64,000 nt of DNA from Peribolospora baueri (taxonomy: Eukaryota). The position numbers and the translations under genes were made by a program. Positions 1-17,500 of the stretch are shown one piece after another; within the stretch, counting starts at the first letter, position 1, and every line of letters begins with the position of its first letter. The notes beneath the pieces are model-generated. The model worked only from the letters and a program-made list of their open reading frames with translations, ran no database searches and was not told the origin of the DNA. Location of the stretch: assembly GCA_029717555.1 (NCBI GenBank), contig JAMDHS010000041.1, forward strand, positions 62,001 to 126,000, written 5' to 3'.

Positions 1-3000
1 CGGTAGACAGTTTGTCTTCCGAGGCGCTGTCTCCCTTAGGCCAGGCGGGATGGAGGCCAAACATGTGAGAAGTCCCCACGTCTGTAGCTGCGGGGTCCTT
101 AAACATGCCACCAATGAGGGCAATGATGAGTGCGGCGGCGCCGAAAGCAGCCACGATGGACGTCGCTGTCCACAAAGTTAAGGGTTTGCGGTCTACGAAG
201 CTACTGGTGAAGCGGTTGTTCTTGCTACTCGAGGAACTGCTGCCGCGTCTGGCGCTGGTGCCGCTCACAGCAGAAAATTTGGACTGAATCATCTCGCAGG
301 CAGCGAGATGACCGGCGTCACTGGGCGGGCGCGAAGGGTCCACGAGGTTAGTGCCGACCGTGTGCAAGCCAGCCGCCCATGACGAGACTTTGGCGGCCGC
401 GGATAAGGCGGTGGATGAGGACAGCTGCCGGCTCGGCGCCTTGGCCTTGGCTTCTGTCTCGTTGTCGTCATCGGCGTTACGGAGGGACGCGCCAGGCTTG
501 GGCAAGACCTCGCCGACGTTAACAAGTTCCTTGACAATCCCAGCCACAGCAGCGACCTCCTCGTCTCGCATGGCGCAGAAATGACCGACGGCCCAGACCC
601 GCCCGGGAACAGGAACAATCTCGACGAGATTCCCCGGGTGGACAAAGGCACAAGAGTCCTTGACCCTTCTCCACTCGCGTGCCGCCATTTGAAGCTCTAG
701 AGCCAATTCGAGGGCTTCAACTTCGCGCTGGTCCGAACGAGAGTCCGAGCTGGTGTCGAAGCTGCTTAGACTGATGTCTTCGGCGTCAGAAGGCAATGGC
801 GAAGACAGGGAAGAGAGCGTAGGGCTTGGCGAGCCGCCGGACAAAACTAGACGGCGTAGGCTGCTTCCCGTCTCGGCGGCGTTGTCCGCGTTACCAGCCG
901 CAAAAGATTGTGAGGAATTCGGCGACGGCTCGCCCCCGTCGAGGTTGTTGGGAAGAGCGGGAAGGACGATGGGGAGAAGACGGAGGTCAATCATGTGGCC
1001 CCTTCCTGCTTCAAGACCATGAATCGAATGGAGCATGGCGTGTAGCTGGTTCTCCAAGGCGTCCGCCCACTCGTTCTTCTCCATCCAGCAGATGGCCAGG
1101 ACGCCGTACTCCCTCGTGTCCAGGCGCGGAACGAGAGACTCCAACAAGGTCCGTGGAGACAGGAGCTTGCTACGCACGCACTCTCCGAGCTGGGCGGCAC
1201 CGGGAGCAGAAAGCGGTATGGTGGCGTCTAAAGCGTGGAGGGTGAGCGACGGCGTGATGGACTCCTTCGAGCCCTTATGCTCTTTGCCTCCAAGCAACGT
1301 GAAGGGTTGGACAAGCCCCAAGAGCCGCCCACCGAGCCCATTGTCGGACTGTCCTTCGGAATTGTGACGAGAGCCGGCGTTCGCGGCCCCGGCGCCGAAA
1401 CCATATCGCTCGAGGCGGGCATCGGAATAGAGGTCGCAGGCACGCCAGTCTTTCACCTTGTTCGATTCGTCGGGGGAGCAGCTGGTGCAATACTCCCGAG
1501 CAAGGACTTCGTCCGCATCAACAGCACGGTCAACCCCTTTTTGACCGAGGACCAACGTAATAAGCATGCTTGTGACCTTGTCCTTTAGCGAAGGAAACGG
1601 CATGGAGCCAAGATGAATGATCCTCAAGGAAGCGGGAAGATTCGCGTGCGCATGCACCCTCGAAGCAGCCTGCCGCAGGAATCAGGGAGGATGTGGAAAA
1701 AAAATGCATACGGAAACATTAGAGTTAGTGATCGCCAGATTCGGCACGAAACGCACACTGACTCTGTCAACCTTGCTGTCTTTGCCGAAAAGAGCGGCCG
1801 TTCGACGGTCGACGCTGACGGTGAGATGCGAGGTGCCTTCACTGGATTCCTCGCCCCCAATGGTGGACGTCGCCTTGGATTTGCCAGCGATGGACTGCTT
1901 GCAGGAAGAGAGGTGGCTCGGAAGGCCACATCTGCTGCCGAGCGGTGTCGCGTCGTCACTTCCGGCGGCACGAATCGTGTTTGCCGAGCTTTCCACACCG
2001 CTCCGGCTGTCGGTGAGGCTGTCCGCAACGGTGGCGTGAGCCGTCTTCTCAGACGGACGGACGCGTATGGTGTCCTGCTTGCTGTTATCGACCTCGGATT
2101 CCGAGTATGTAGAGGCAAGAGGATCGGGGAACGCAAAGTAGGACTCGTAGCCGATCTCGGAGAGACTGTCCAGCTTACTGTGGTCATCGCCACTAGCGGA
2201 TGAGGTGCGAGAGGAGATCGAGCCGGAGCGGTCGCCGCCTGTGCGAGAGGAGTGGCGCTCTGACTTGGTGTGCTCTCCAAAGAAATCAAGCGTAGTCCCG
2301 CTGGTTTGAGAATGATTCGATGGAGGACAACGGCGATGGGGGTGAATGCCGGATCGGACCTTGACAGGCCTCGTGCTGTAAGGCCTAGCTCTCCACGAGG
2401 AGTCACTCCTGCCGGTGCGTTTGACAGACGTAGGCGGTGATCCGCTTTGGACAAGTTGCCTGATGGCCATGGTTGGACTAGAAGGACGACGGGAGCGTGG
2501 ATGGTCACTCAAGTCGTCCGAGGCGTCAAAGGACTTGCTCCAGCTGTCGCCGAGTTCGTCCGAATCAGTATTATGATTGTCGCTGTGGAGGCCATGGGCG
2601 CCGATGTCAGGGTCGGATGAGCGGCTAGGAAGAGGGCCGGGACTGGGTGAATGTCGTCCTTGCGAACGCACAGGCGCAGTGTCCGCGCCTTCGGGCCATT
2701 CGCTCAAGTCGGCCGAAGCGTTGGCAGTGTGTGTTCCGGGCAGACGATCGTCGACGTCACTGTCGGTGTCGTCCCGATGGACGACTTCGTAGCCGTAGTG
2801 TTCGAGTTCGGTGGCGTCCAGCGAACTCACTTCCGAGAGGGCAGCGTCATCGAAGGTGGACGTGGTGCTCGGGGACGGAGAGGAGGCAGCGGCTGAGCCA
2901 TCAACGGATGCCGAGTGGGTGCGAGAGAAGGGGACGGCAGAGGATAGAGCGTCTGAGGGTAAAAGGGGGAGCCGGGGGGATGGCGGCGGGTTATCTGGAT

Positions 3001-3007
3001 GAGCCAT
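1..3007 (-). CDS. Uncharacterised Ser/Asp-rich protein with one predicted TM segment; 3' end runs off the window
   Basis: ATG at 3007 opens ORF 1682..3007 (MAHPDNPPPSPRLP...). An intron with branch CACTAAC and acceptor CGGCAG rejoins at 1669; its exact donor is uncertain (~1760 or ~1820). The frame is then open to position 1 (AASRVHAHANLPASLRIIHLGSMPFPSLKDKV...LWTATSIVAAFGAAALIIALIGGMF). No recognised domain. Confidence 0.65.
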
Positions 3008-4156
3008 GGTGAGCAGAGGTGGACTGACGGACGCCGACGCCCGTCTCTTCTCCTCTTTTCTCTTCTCTCGACGTCTTTGCGTCCTTGGTCGGGACTGGCT
3101 GGGAGCAGTGAGGCGTGTTGGAAGGACGGAAAGAGGCGATTGAGTAACGCTGACTACTTATGCGGTTGGTTTTTCTGTCTCAGCAGTCTGGTTGTTTGCG
3201 CGATAGAGCAGCCCCTCTCCGCACGCACGCCGGGCGCACTCGGTGGCAGCGCACGCACGCAGTCACGAGACGGCCGCAACCGAGAGTGAACAAGGCAGCA
3301 GCGGCAGCGGCAACGGCGGGCCGGACTGCTCTGCTCTGCTCTGCTGTTCTGATGGGCAAGACGGAGCTGGTCGACGCTGGAGCCTGGCCGGCAAGGTGCC
3401 TATAGACCGACAAAGATAGGGGATGGTGGTGTGCACGAGTCGGCTTATTCACTCGCCCGCTCACTCGCTCATTCGCCACTCACCTGTTGCCTTGGCTTGC
3501 GGGCCGAGTGCGAAAGGCAAAAGGCGAGATGGGAGGATGAGAAGGCGGAGGATAACGAAGGAGATGGTGTGTGTGGACCAGAATTGTGTGTATGTCTCCT
3601 TTCCCTCCCGACTCGGGCGACCTCGTATCGATTGCCGCCCTCTCTCCACGCTCCGCTCTCCTCCCAACGCAACTGACCCAGACTCACCGATAAATCGGGC
3701 TAAGCACGTGGCCCGTGGACGTGTCACTCCAGGACAGGGGCCACCGCTTAGTCAGCGTCGATTGCTGCGGTCCTCCCCATGGGTCGATGCGTGATCGACC
3801 CATACGGCTTGACCACTCCCACCAGCCACGCGACCAAGGGATCAAGGGATTTAAGGCGTCGGCTCGGCTTGGAAGGGAGGGAAGAAAGGAAGCACGAAAG
3901 AAAGAGAGGAAGAAGCACGAATGACCGCCTTCCATATTGTCTTCTATTCCACCCTTGCCTTTCGCTGCCTCACGCTGACCTGACCTGGCCGCCGCTGCTC
4001 CCGTTCTTTTAGGTCGGGTCGTCTGCCCACCCTTGTCTCTGCCCCCTCCCATCTTCCTTCTTCCTCACACCCAGCTCGGCCGCTCGTCCGGCCGGCCATC
4101 TGCCCCTCCTCCTCCTCCGCCACATCTCCTCGCCCTGAGCCTTTTCGGGTCAGTCG

Positions 4157-4532
4157 TGAAATGCGCAAGGGCCCGCGTAGGCGCTTGTCCTCGTCACCGT
4201 GCCGGACAAGGCGTACACACGTACGATTTCAACAGCATGTCCGTTTTCCAGCTACCCGGCACAGAATAAGTTGACCGCAGCTTGCCGAGCACACCGCCGC
4301 TGTACAACCAGCCCAGTTAGACAGGAGGGGAAAGGAGAGCAGGGAAGCAGAGAGGCAAGACAAGACTCAGGGACCTGAGCGGTGACAAAAGTATTCTTAG
4401 CTTGGGAAAAGGAGAGGTGGAGGCTCTGTCGGGCCTCCTATATATACAAGGCAGTCGTGTCATCGGATCGGAGGGTCGTGTCATCGGACCGGAGGCGGCG
4501 TTCCTGATAGTCCCGGATCGGAGTTCATGACA
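4157..4532 (-). mobile_element. Candidate solo LTR (376 bp)
   Basis: Begins TG and ends CA, flanked by GTCG on both sides (4153-4156, 4533-4536). Imperfect terminal inverted repeat TGAAATG / TGTCATG. Internal 21-bp tandem repeat, TATATATA box, then a CT-rich tract on the minus strand. Confidence 0.55.
4454..4495. repeat. 2 x 21-bp tandem repeat (GTCGTGTCATCGGAYCGGAGG)
   Basis: Copies at 4454-4474 and 4475-4495 differ by one base; a partial third copy GGATCGGAG lies near 4515-4523. Confidence 0.95.
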
Positions 4533-5050
4533 GTCGTACGCAGCTGGCCGCCTCAGTCAGGCGTCAAGGTAGATCCCCCTACGTTCACTTCCTCAGTTTG
4601 AGCGCCTTCCCAACACCACTTCCAGTACTTCTGGCGTCATCGTCCACGAAAAGACAGGATGGATGACCTCCTGTATGTGCTTCATGTAGTGTCCCTTCCC
4701 TTTCCCAGCGCCGCACCTTTCCCAAGAAGTGACATACGTTGCGAATCACCAACATCATTGGCCTGACAAACAAGCACATCCATGCGTCGCTTGGCAGGCA
4801 AAGCGCTTACCGGGGCGCCTTAGTTGTGTGAATGGATGCTGAAAGAGACCCATGGTTACCGCTCAATTTGCACGTCCAAGGCGGTACTACCTGTCAAGGT
4901 GAAACATGAACCAGAGGTGGATGGCGGTTCTGCCAGAGAAGATGGGGGGGGATGGGAAGAGAGACACGGGAGAAAGATGAGCCACAGAAGCCTCGATCAA
5001 AGCGCAGGAAGGAGTGGGAGAAGAGCAGAGGATGCCGGCATAGCTCGCAC

Positions 5051-5060
5051 GTCACGTGAT
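5051..5060. promoter_or_regulatory. Extended E-box GTCACGTGAT upstream of ARO1
   Basis: Palindromic TCACGTGA core about 180 bp upstream of the ARO1 ATG; matches the RTCACGTG bHLH (Cbf1/SREBP-type) consensus. A single site only. Confidence 0.3.
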
Positions 5061-5232
5061 ATCAGGAAGCAGAAGAGCGGATCAAAAGAGGTAGTCACAA
5101 ACAACCGAGAAGAACGGCTCTTGAGGTCTATACCATACGCACATCCTCTCCAGCCGTCCTCTTCTCCTTCCCCTCATTCTCACACTCGCTTGCTTGCCCG
5201 TGGTCAAACCTGGGCCAGCTCAGGTCACCGAC

Positions 5233-10683
<5,451 letters not shown>

Positions 10684-11056
10684 GAGATAGTGGGTTTGCT
10701 GCTTAATTTCTCATTTAGAATGGGTTGGGTCTGATAATGCCTCTTGAAATACAAGTGCCAAAGTACGTTATTCATGGCTCGCTCAGAATGGAGGCAGCGA
10801 TTCTCGGATGTGCACTGGCCAAGTGACGAACGAGCCAGGGAAGAAAAAAACTGCTGTAGCGAGCGTGCAATGGACGGTCGACGTGAGGTCCAAAACAAGA
10901 CGGATTTGGATCCTCCGAACGTGGTGGTGTAGCCACTGCATAAACAGACTCTGAGCAGACCATTCATCCGCGTCATTCGTCCAAACATAGCGAACGTAGG
11001 TCGAATGCCCCTCTCCCTTAACCTATGCTGCTGGGCATCATCGCCCAATGCCTATT

Positions 11057-13249
11057 CTACAGTTTGCGACCCCACCCTGGTGCAGAGCCGAATGGTTCTG
11101 GATAATAATGATGATGCTGTTGCTGCTGCTGCTGTGGCGGCGACGGCGGCGGAGCGAGCACGGGACGCTGGACGGCACCGGAGAGAGCGGCGTCTAAGCC
11201 CTGCAGGAGCGCCATCTGCTTTTTGCGTCGCTCCTCCGCGGGAGAAGGGTCACCTCCCACGAAGGTGGAAGGCTGTCTCGAGTGAGGAACGGTGTTCGGC
11301 CCAGAAAGGAGGGCGCGTAGCTGGGCGGTGTGATCCGCTGCGATGGGGGCCTCGAAGGCAGAAGGAGGTATCGAGTGAGGAACGGTGTTCGGCCCAGAAA
11401 GAAGGGCGCGTAGCCGGGCGGTTTGATCCGCTGCGCCGCGGTCCTCGAAGGCGGAAGGTGGTTTCGGCTGAGGACCGGCATTCGATCCGGAAAGGAGGGC
11501 GAGTAGCTGGGTGGTTTGATTTACTCCGCCGGGGTCCTCCGCCCGTGTGCAGGCAGCAGCTGATCGGACTACACCGGGTGACAGGGGAACGTTGGAGCGG
11601 CTAGAATCGAGTCCCAGTAAGGCCTTCAACGCTTCGCTGGCGTCCTGGGCGTTCGCCATCTGACCACCGACGTCCTCATCCTCCTCGTCTGAACTGGCCT
11701 TGCCGTCGAGGGCCTCGGCACCAGGATCGATGGCCGTCGAAGAGATGTCGGCGTCGTACGCCGAGCTGCTGGGATGCTCAAACTTGTGTCGGTTGGATGG
11801 GAGACGGGGATGCGTGCGCTTGTTGGCCTGCATCCATTGCTTGAGGCGTCTGCATGTGATAGACGAAAGCGGGAAACGTTCGTCAGGTCCCGCTCTCTAC
11901 CGTCTCTCTCTCGACATTTCATAGGAAAGGCGCACCCGATGAAAGGAGGAATGAGATAGAATTTCCCGCCCATATTCGCTGCGCCAGTGCCACTGAACGA
12001 TCTACTCTTCTTCCATGTTGGCAGGTCGGCCAGTCGGAACCAAGAGATTTTCTGATGAAAAAGCGAAGAAAAAATGGTACATCTCATCTCCCAGCGTGCC
12101 GATAGGGTGGTAAACACTCACGCTGATCTCCTTGCGCGTAAGTGTTTTGAAACTTGTGTTTTCCGGCACCCCCGGCACTATATAGAGGCGAACCTTCTGC
12201 TCTTTGATGGTGAGCTCGATAAAGTCAGGCGAATCTGGCGGCAGCAGCGGGGAGGGGTCAAAGCCAGTCTCCTCCAGAACCTATTTCGAGGCAACCATGA
12301 ATAAGATGAACGAGCTTAAGAGGGCAATTCTTCGGGCCTAAGCTTCGTGAACGTCTGCTCACTTCTCGGCATGCGCAATCCCTTTCAGGCTCGTCTTGGT
12401 TGATCTTCCCTTTCGGGAATCCCCACGCAGACGACGACTTCCAGCCTTTCACGAGCAAACACTTAAAAGGGCCAGGAACGGGGGGGTATGAGCGCTAAAT
12501 TCGCGACTCGTCCGGCTTGATCCAACTGACCTTGGTCCACGTCTCGTCCAACAAGATACATCCACAGACGGGAACGCGGGTCTTGTATTTCAGAAACTTG
12601 TCGAAAGCGTCTTCTCGGCCGTCGGACCCGGAGGAGAGGTACTGAGCGATGATGGGAAGGTGGAGCGAGGCGGTGTGGAGGAGAAGCGAGGAGAAGCGTC
12701 GGAGGGCGAAAGAAGGCAAGGAAGGGGAAACGCTGCGTAGAAAATCTTCGTAAAACCAATGTCTGAAAAAGCGAGCGTGGGCCAGAAGAGCAGGATACGA
12801 ATGTGGCTTTGAGTGTCGTGCGAGATGCGCGCGGAAAAGATCAAACGGGTGGAAAAGCGCTTGCTACTGACGCCTGCTCTACTTGAAAGCAAATCCGCTC
12901 AATGGATGCGAGTTCTTCGGACGGGAGGTTCACAATGAATCGACTAAATAGGACGCCAGAAGACAAAGGAAGGGAGATGATACGAATGTGAACACGAAAC
13001 CACACGAAATCAACGAGTCGGCGTATGCTCGAGTTCCGGCCACGCTCCGCCACGCTGAACCGCCTGCCCCCCCCCTTTTGGGCATGATGACGCCTCCCGA
13101 CCCTTCGAGTGTCACCCGGTGACCGTCATCACCTACCTGGAGAGGTCCTCAAGCACCTCCTGCAACGTTGCGTGCTTGAGCGCGGACGACGCCGGCGACT
13201 CGGCCTTCGTCGGCGTAGTCCCCGGGGCGGCGGCGGGGTCCGGCGCCAT
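11057..13249 (-). CDS. DCP2: mRNA decapping enzyme catalytic subunit (Box A + Nudix domain + low-complexity tail)
   Basis: Spliced reading: [39 protein letters not shown]...[14 protein letters not shown]...[40 protein letters not shown] (Nudix box). The last exon lies within ORF 11057..11833. Confidence 0.95.
11259..11532 (-). repeat. ~3 x 93-bp (31-aa) coding tandem repeat in the DCP2 C-terminal tail
   Basis: Equivalent positions at 11281, 11374 and 11467 (period 93). Translated units: [31 protein letters not shown] / [31 protein letters not shown] / [23 protein letters not shown]. Confidence 0.93.
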
Positions 13250-14510
13250 GTACGAGACGAGTGAAGGGACAAATGGAGACGGGTGAAAGCAGGGATCCTG
13301 CCTTGGGACTGAAAGCCAGGTCGAGTGAGGGTGTGAAACAGGATGAGAAGGGAAGAAAGGAGGGAGGAGAGTCGAGACGAAACTGTTAGAGGATCGACAC
13401 GCAAGTACTTGATCGACGACGGCCGCGTATGACCGGACATCCCCGAAGGAGCCCCGGAATGACGTCTTAGCTGCGGGCACTCACTCCGAGATACGTTATT
13501 AAGGTGGGACGAGGCTGTCGAGTGTGTACATGGACGATGTAGGCAGCTTCTCCAGCTCAGATGGTCGACCATACTGTGTCTCCCGCCAAGCTCCTCTCAA
13601 CCACTGAGCGCAATTTTACTCGGCGGACGAGTCAAGTCAGGGGTCGGACAAGCGTGCTGGCCGATCGCTGCACGATACGCTTGTCTTGGACGGAGGCTTT
13701 CGAACTCCTCCCATCCATCCCCCTTTCGTATCGTATCCTCTTTCTCCCTCTCCCTCGTCGTTTTCCGTCTTGGCATGATCCCATAAGCGTCCACTCGCGA
13801 TGGAACATGCTTGTAGTCTAACATGTGTCGTGGAAGGGGTCCTCGAGACGGGACGTCCGTCCCTGTGCAGGGGAGCGGGACAACGGATTCGAATTCGGAG
13901 GAAAAAGATGGAGAAAAAGTGTCCATGACCAGAACCAAACCGCGAAAACGAAAGCAGAGCAATCGACAATCGACACGAGGAATATAGAACGAGGCAGATG
14001 CAGGGAGAGCCTCCGTGCCTGTCCGACCTCCACAGCCACGGGCAACATAGCAAAGAAAAGCAAGGACGAATGAGAAAAGAAGGGGTGGCGAAGGGCACGT
14101 CGGAGCGAGCGCGTCATCATTGCGACATTTTGGCGATATGACGGTAAAGACGGGAAGATGAGAGCGAGCAGATGCGAGTATGAGAGCGATGGCCGCGGCG
14201 AACGTAGCTGGCGAGCCGAAATGCGGGTGACGAGAGGGAAATACAGACGAGGCGAGCGGCCAAGTCGAACGTGTCGCAGAGAAGCGAGTCGAGTCGATAA
14301 TGAGGCGAGGCATGCTAGAAATCTATACGGTCGACGAGCCACCGGAACAAAAGCGTTGAATGAGGGAAAAAAAAAAAAAAGGCGTGGCGAGCATCGGTCG
14401 CACGTCGTCGTGCCGTTTTCAATGACGATAAAATGAGATGAGCACCGGCTTGAGGTGAGGGGAGGCGCGGTGGTGCGAAAAAAAGGAAGGACTAAGAACT
14501 GGAGGCGCTA

Positions 14511-17500
14511 TCAAATAAGCTTCCTACCCTCGATACTGGGCGTGGCAGAAGCGCTTTGACGTTCTTCAGGGGTGAGCACGCCCTCCCCGCCCCTCCGCGC
14601 CTGGACAGTTGCGTCGGGGAGCCAAAAACGAGCTTCGGGGACCTCCTCCGGTGCAGCTGAGGAAGCGGGTGCGGGTGCGGCTGAGGCAGTTTGACCAGTC
14701 ATCTCAGCACCTGAAGGCTGAGTTGGTAGCTCGACCACTTTCGTCGAATCGGCGCGCGAAGCGGGCTGTTTGGCCACTCCATCGCGACCACGGGCACGGG
14801 TGTCAGCGCTGCCAACCGTAGGCGGTCTGTTCCCCGAAGGTCCAGCGGCCGAAGATCTAGACTGAAGGTCCTCCGAGGCAGCTCTTCGCGCCGGCATGCG
14901 GTTGCGCACCACCACGAAACTCTTCCCACCCGCCGGCGGCGCTGTGGTGGTGCCTATGCCCTCTTCGCCCTCTTCCTCTTTTCCATCCTCATCCCGCCCC
15001 TTGCCTCGAATGCCCAGACCGGCAGCGAGCTTGCCAAAAGTCCACGTCCAGCGCCTGTTCTTGCCGTCATCTCCCCACACACCGTCGCCATCGTCCTCGT
15101 CCTCATCGTCGTCCGTCCAAGAATCGGCCGAGTCCTTCCGAACCGACTTTGCAAGGCCAAACCATCCCTTGCTCTTGCCCTTGCCCTTGCCTCCACCTCC
15201 AACGTCCTCCTGCTGAACGTCGCCTTGGGCCCCAGTGGCGAGCGGCGCAGAGACAGCTGGAGAGAGCACCTGGCCTCCACTGTACCGTTGCGGATTCATC
15301 TCCGGGCTCCGTTGCGGGCTGCCAGACGGGAAAAACTCAATGATGGCGGTCTGGCTCCGCGGTCGCGGCCCGGGCACGACGCTCCTGCTCGCCACATGGG
15401 AACTGTCCGGGCGGTTGAACGGGATGATGCCCAGACCTCCCGCCGACGCAGAGTGAGCATGCTGACAGATCCTCCGATTGGGATCGGGAGGTCCAGGCAA
15501 AGGAACGTTGGATCGATAGAATGCCCCGGGCGATCGTCGCGCGGCGGACGAGGAGGGCGAATAGGGCGAGGTGTCCGTCGCGCGACCGCCGCCGATTCTC
15601 ACGAAGCCGGCCTTGGGGCTGCTGGGTGTCGTGCTTCTGCCGATGGGAGCATCGCCTGGGCCGGCGCCCCACGGGCTCGGTCCTCTCGGAGGTGGGGAAG
15701 GAGGCCCGCCTTGGTGAACAGGTATGTAGCCACCGTGGTTGCCCCATCCCGGCGTGGTTGGCGGCAATGCGGCCATGATGAAACCCTCATCGTGATCGTC
15801 GCTTCGGAGGTATGCTGAGTACGGTCCCGACGCGGCCATGTCGAGCGGATTGCGGTACATAGGGTCGTTGAGATAGCTGGTGAAGCTGGTCTGACGACTG
15901 TGGCTGATCGGAGCATGCGACACGGTCCCTCCGGGGGTGTTGACTGCGCTGCCGGTGGGGATGCCACCAGAGGGAGGGCGACCGACATCGCGGAGCATGA
16001 GCGTCTGCGTATTCACGCTTCCCGAGCGATTCAGAGCTTCTCGGCTCGCCCGACCGCCACCATTGTTCCGGTGCTGCTGCTCCTGACGCTTCTTGATGCC
16101 ACGAATCGCCCCACCGAGGCCAGCGACGCGGGGTGAAATGCGCTCATCGAACGGCACATGTCCGAATAGACGCACGAGGCCCTCGATGACCTTGAAGAAC
16201 AGCAACAAAAGGAAGAAGACGTATACAATGCCTTGGACCTGCGAGGAAAGGTTGCGTAAAGGCTCTTAGTGCGTGTGCGAAGAGTTTAGCGATCGACGGC
16301 GGAACTCATGCAGAAGTCCAACTCACCAGCAGCACGACGTAAGCGATCCAGCCGGCGCCCGTCGTCCCAATGCCAAGAGCAGGTGCGAGCAAGAGGACGA
16401 GAACGGCAGTGATGATCTTGCAGACGCAAATTCCAAAGCTGACCGGCCCCATGTTCGCTCCTTCCCCCCACGGAAGCCAAAGGCTCGTGGCGAGCGTCAT
16501 GCCGATCTCGAACGCGAGAAGGACGATGGACTGCGCGAGGCCGTATCTCTGCAGCGCGCCGATGACGATGCCGATGACGACGTCATACGATAGCGACACG
16601 AGGCCGAACAGTTGCGAGCCGGGGGCGTAGGTATTGTAAAGGGGCCCAAAGACGAGGAGGGTCCGCACGCTGTCGTAAAGACGATTGGACGGCGTGCGCG
16701 AGAGGCGCCAGATGAGAAAGGCGGGTATGAGAACGCCAAGGAAAGCGAGACTGAGAGCGGCTAAGGCGACGCTAAGCTTGGTGGCGACAGTGGTGGCGAG
16801 GGAGAGCTGGTAGGTGGAGAGGAGGACGATGGGGAGGTGAAAGAGGACGAGACATCGGGTAAGATTGCCAGCCATGGCACGCATGTGCGTGTCCGTGCTG
16901 CTGCTAAAAGTCACCGCCACGCTAGGGCCAGAAAGGGCGGCGGACCGGTAGGCGCCGCGTCGCGCGGCCCGTCGAGCGCGCCACTGCGGGAACCACAGAC
17001 TGCCCAGCCGTGTTCTTCCATTGTCGACGTCGTCCGACTCGTCCCCGTCTCCATCCGGACCATCGGCACGATCGCGCACCGGAGAAGCGGGATGGGCTTG
17101 TACGGACGGCTGAAGCAAGTCCGTGCCCGCGGTGCTTCCCTTGCTATGCACCACCGAGCCATGGACCGTTGAACCGGCCCTGCCCGAGGTCGGCCCAGCG
17201 GCGATGGCAGCCAGGCTCTTGGGAAGACCTTCTCCCGAACCTCCTACCTCCCTCCTACCCTTGGCGCCCCTGATCGCATCACCGATAAGATCTGCGGTCC
17301 ACGCCACGGCGCTGATGACGAGCACCGCGGCGACGATGATAAGCCAAACGGCCATGGCAGTACCGAAAAGGTCTTGCTTGCGCAAGCCAATGATCGCTGC
17401 CACGGATTCAAGGCCCGGTTGAGCGGAGCTCAGATGGAGGAGCTGCGAGGGTACTTGGGGATTGAGGTAGAGGGGCGAGGTGGGGTCAGAAATCTGATTG

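Noticed and set aside
13597..14313. 238-aa minus-strand ORF between the TRP-like gene and DCP2
   Set aside because: CT-rich UTR/promoter-like sequence with equally long ORFs in overlapping frames and no family features; probably non-coding.
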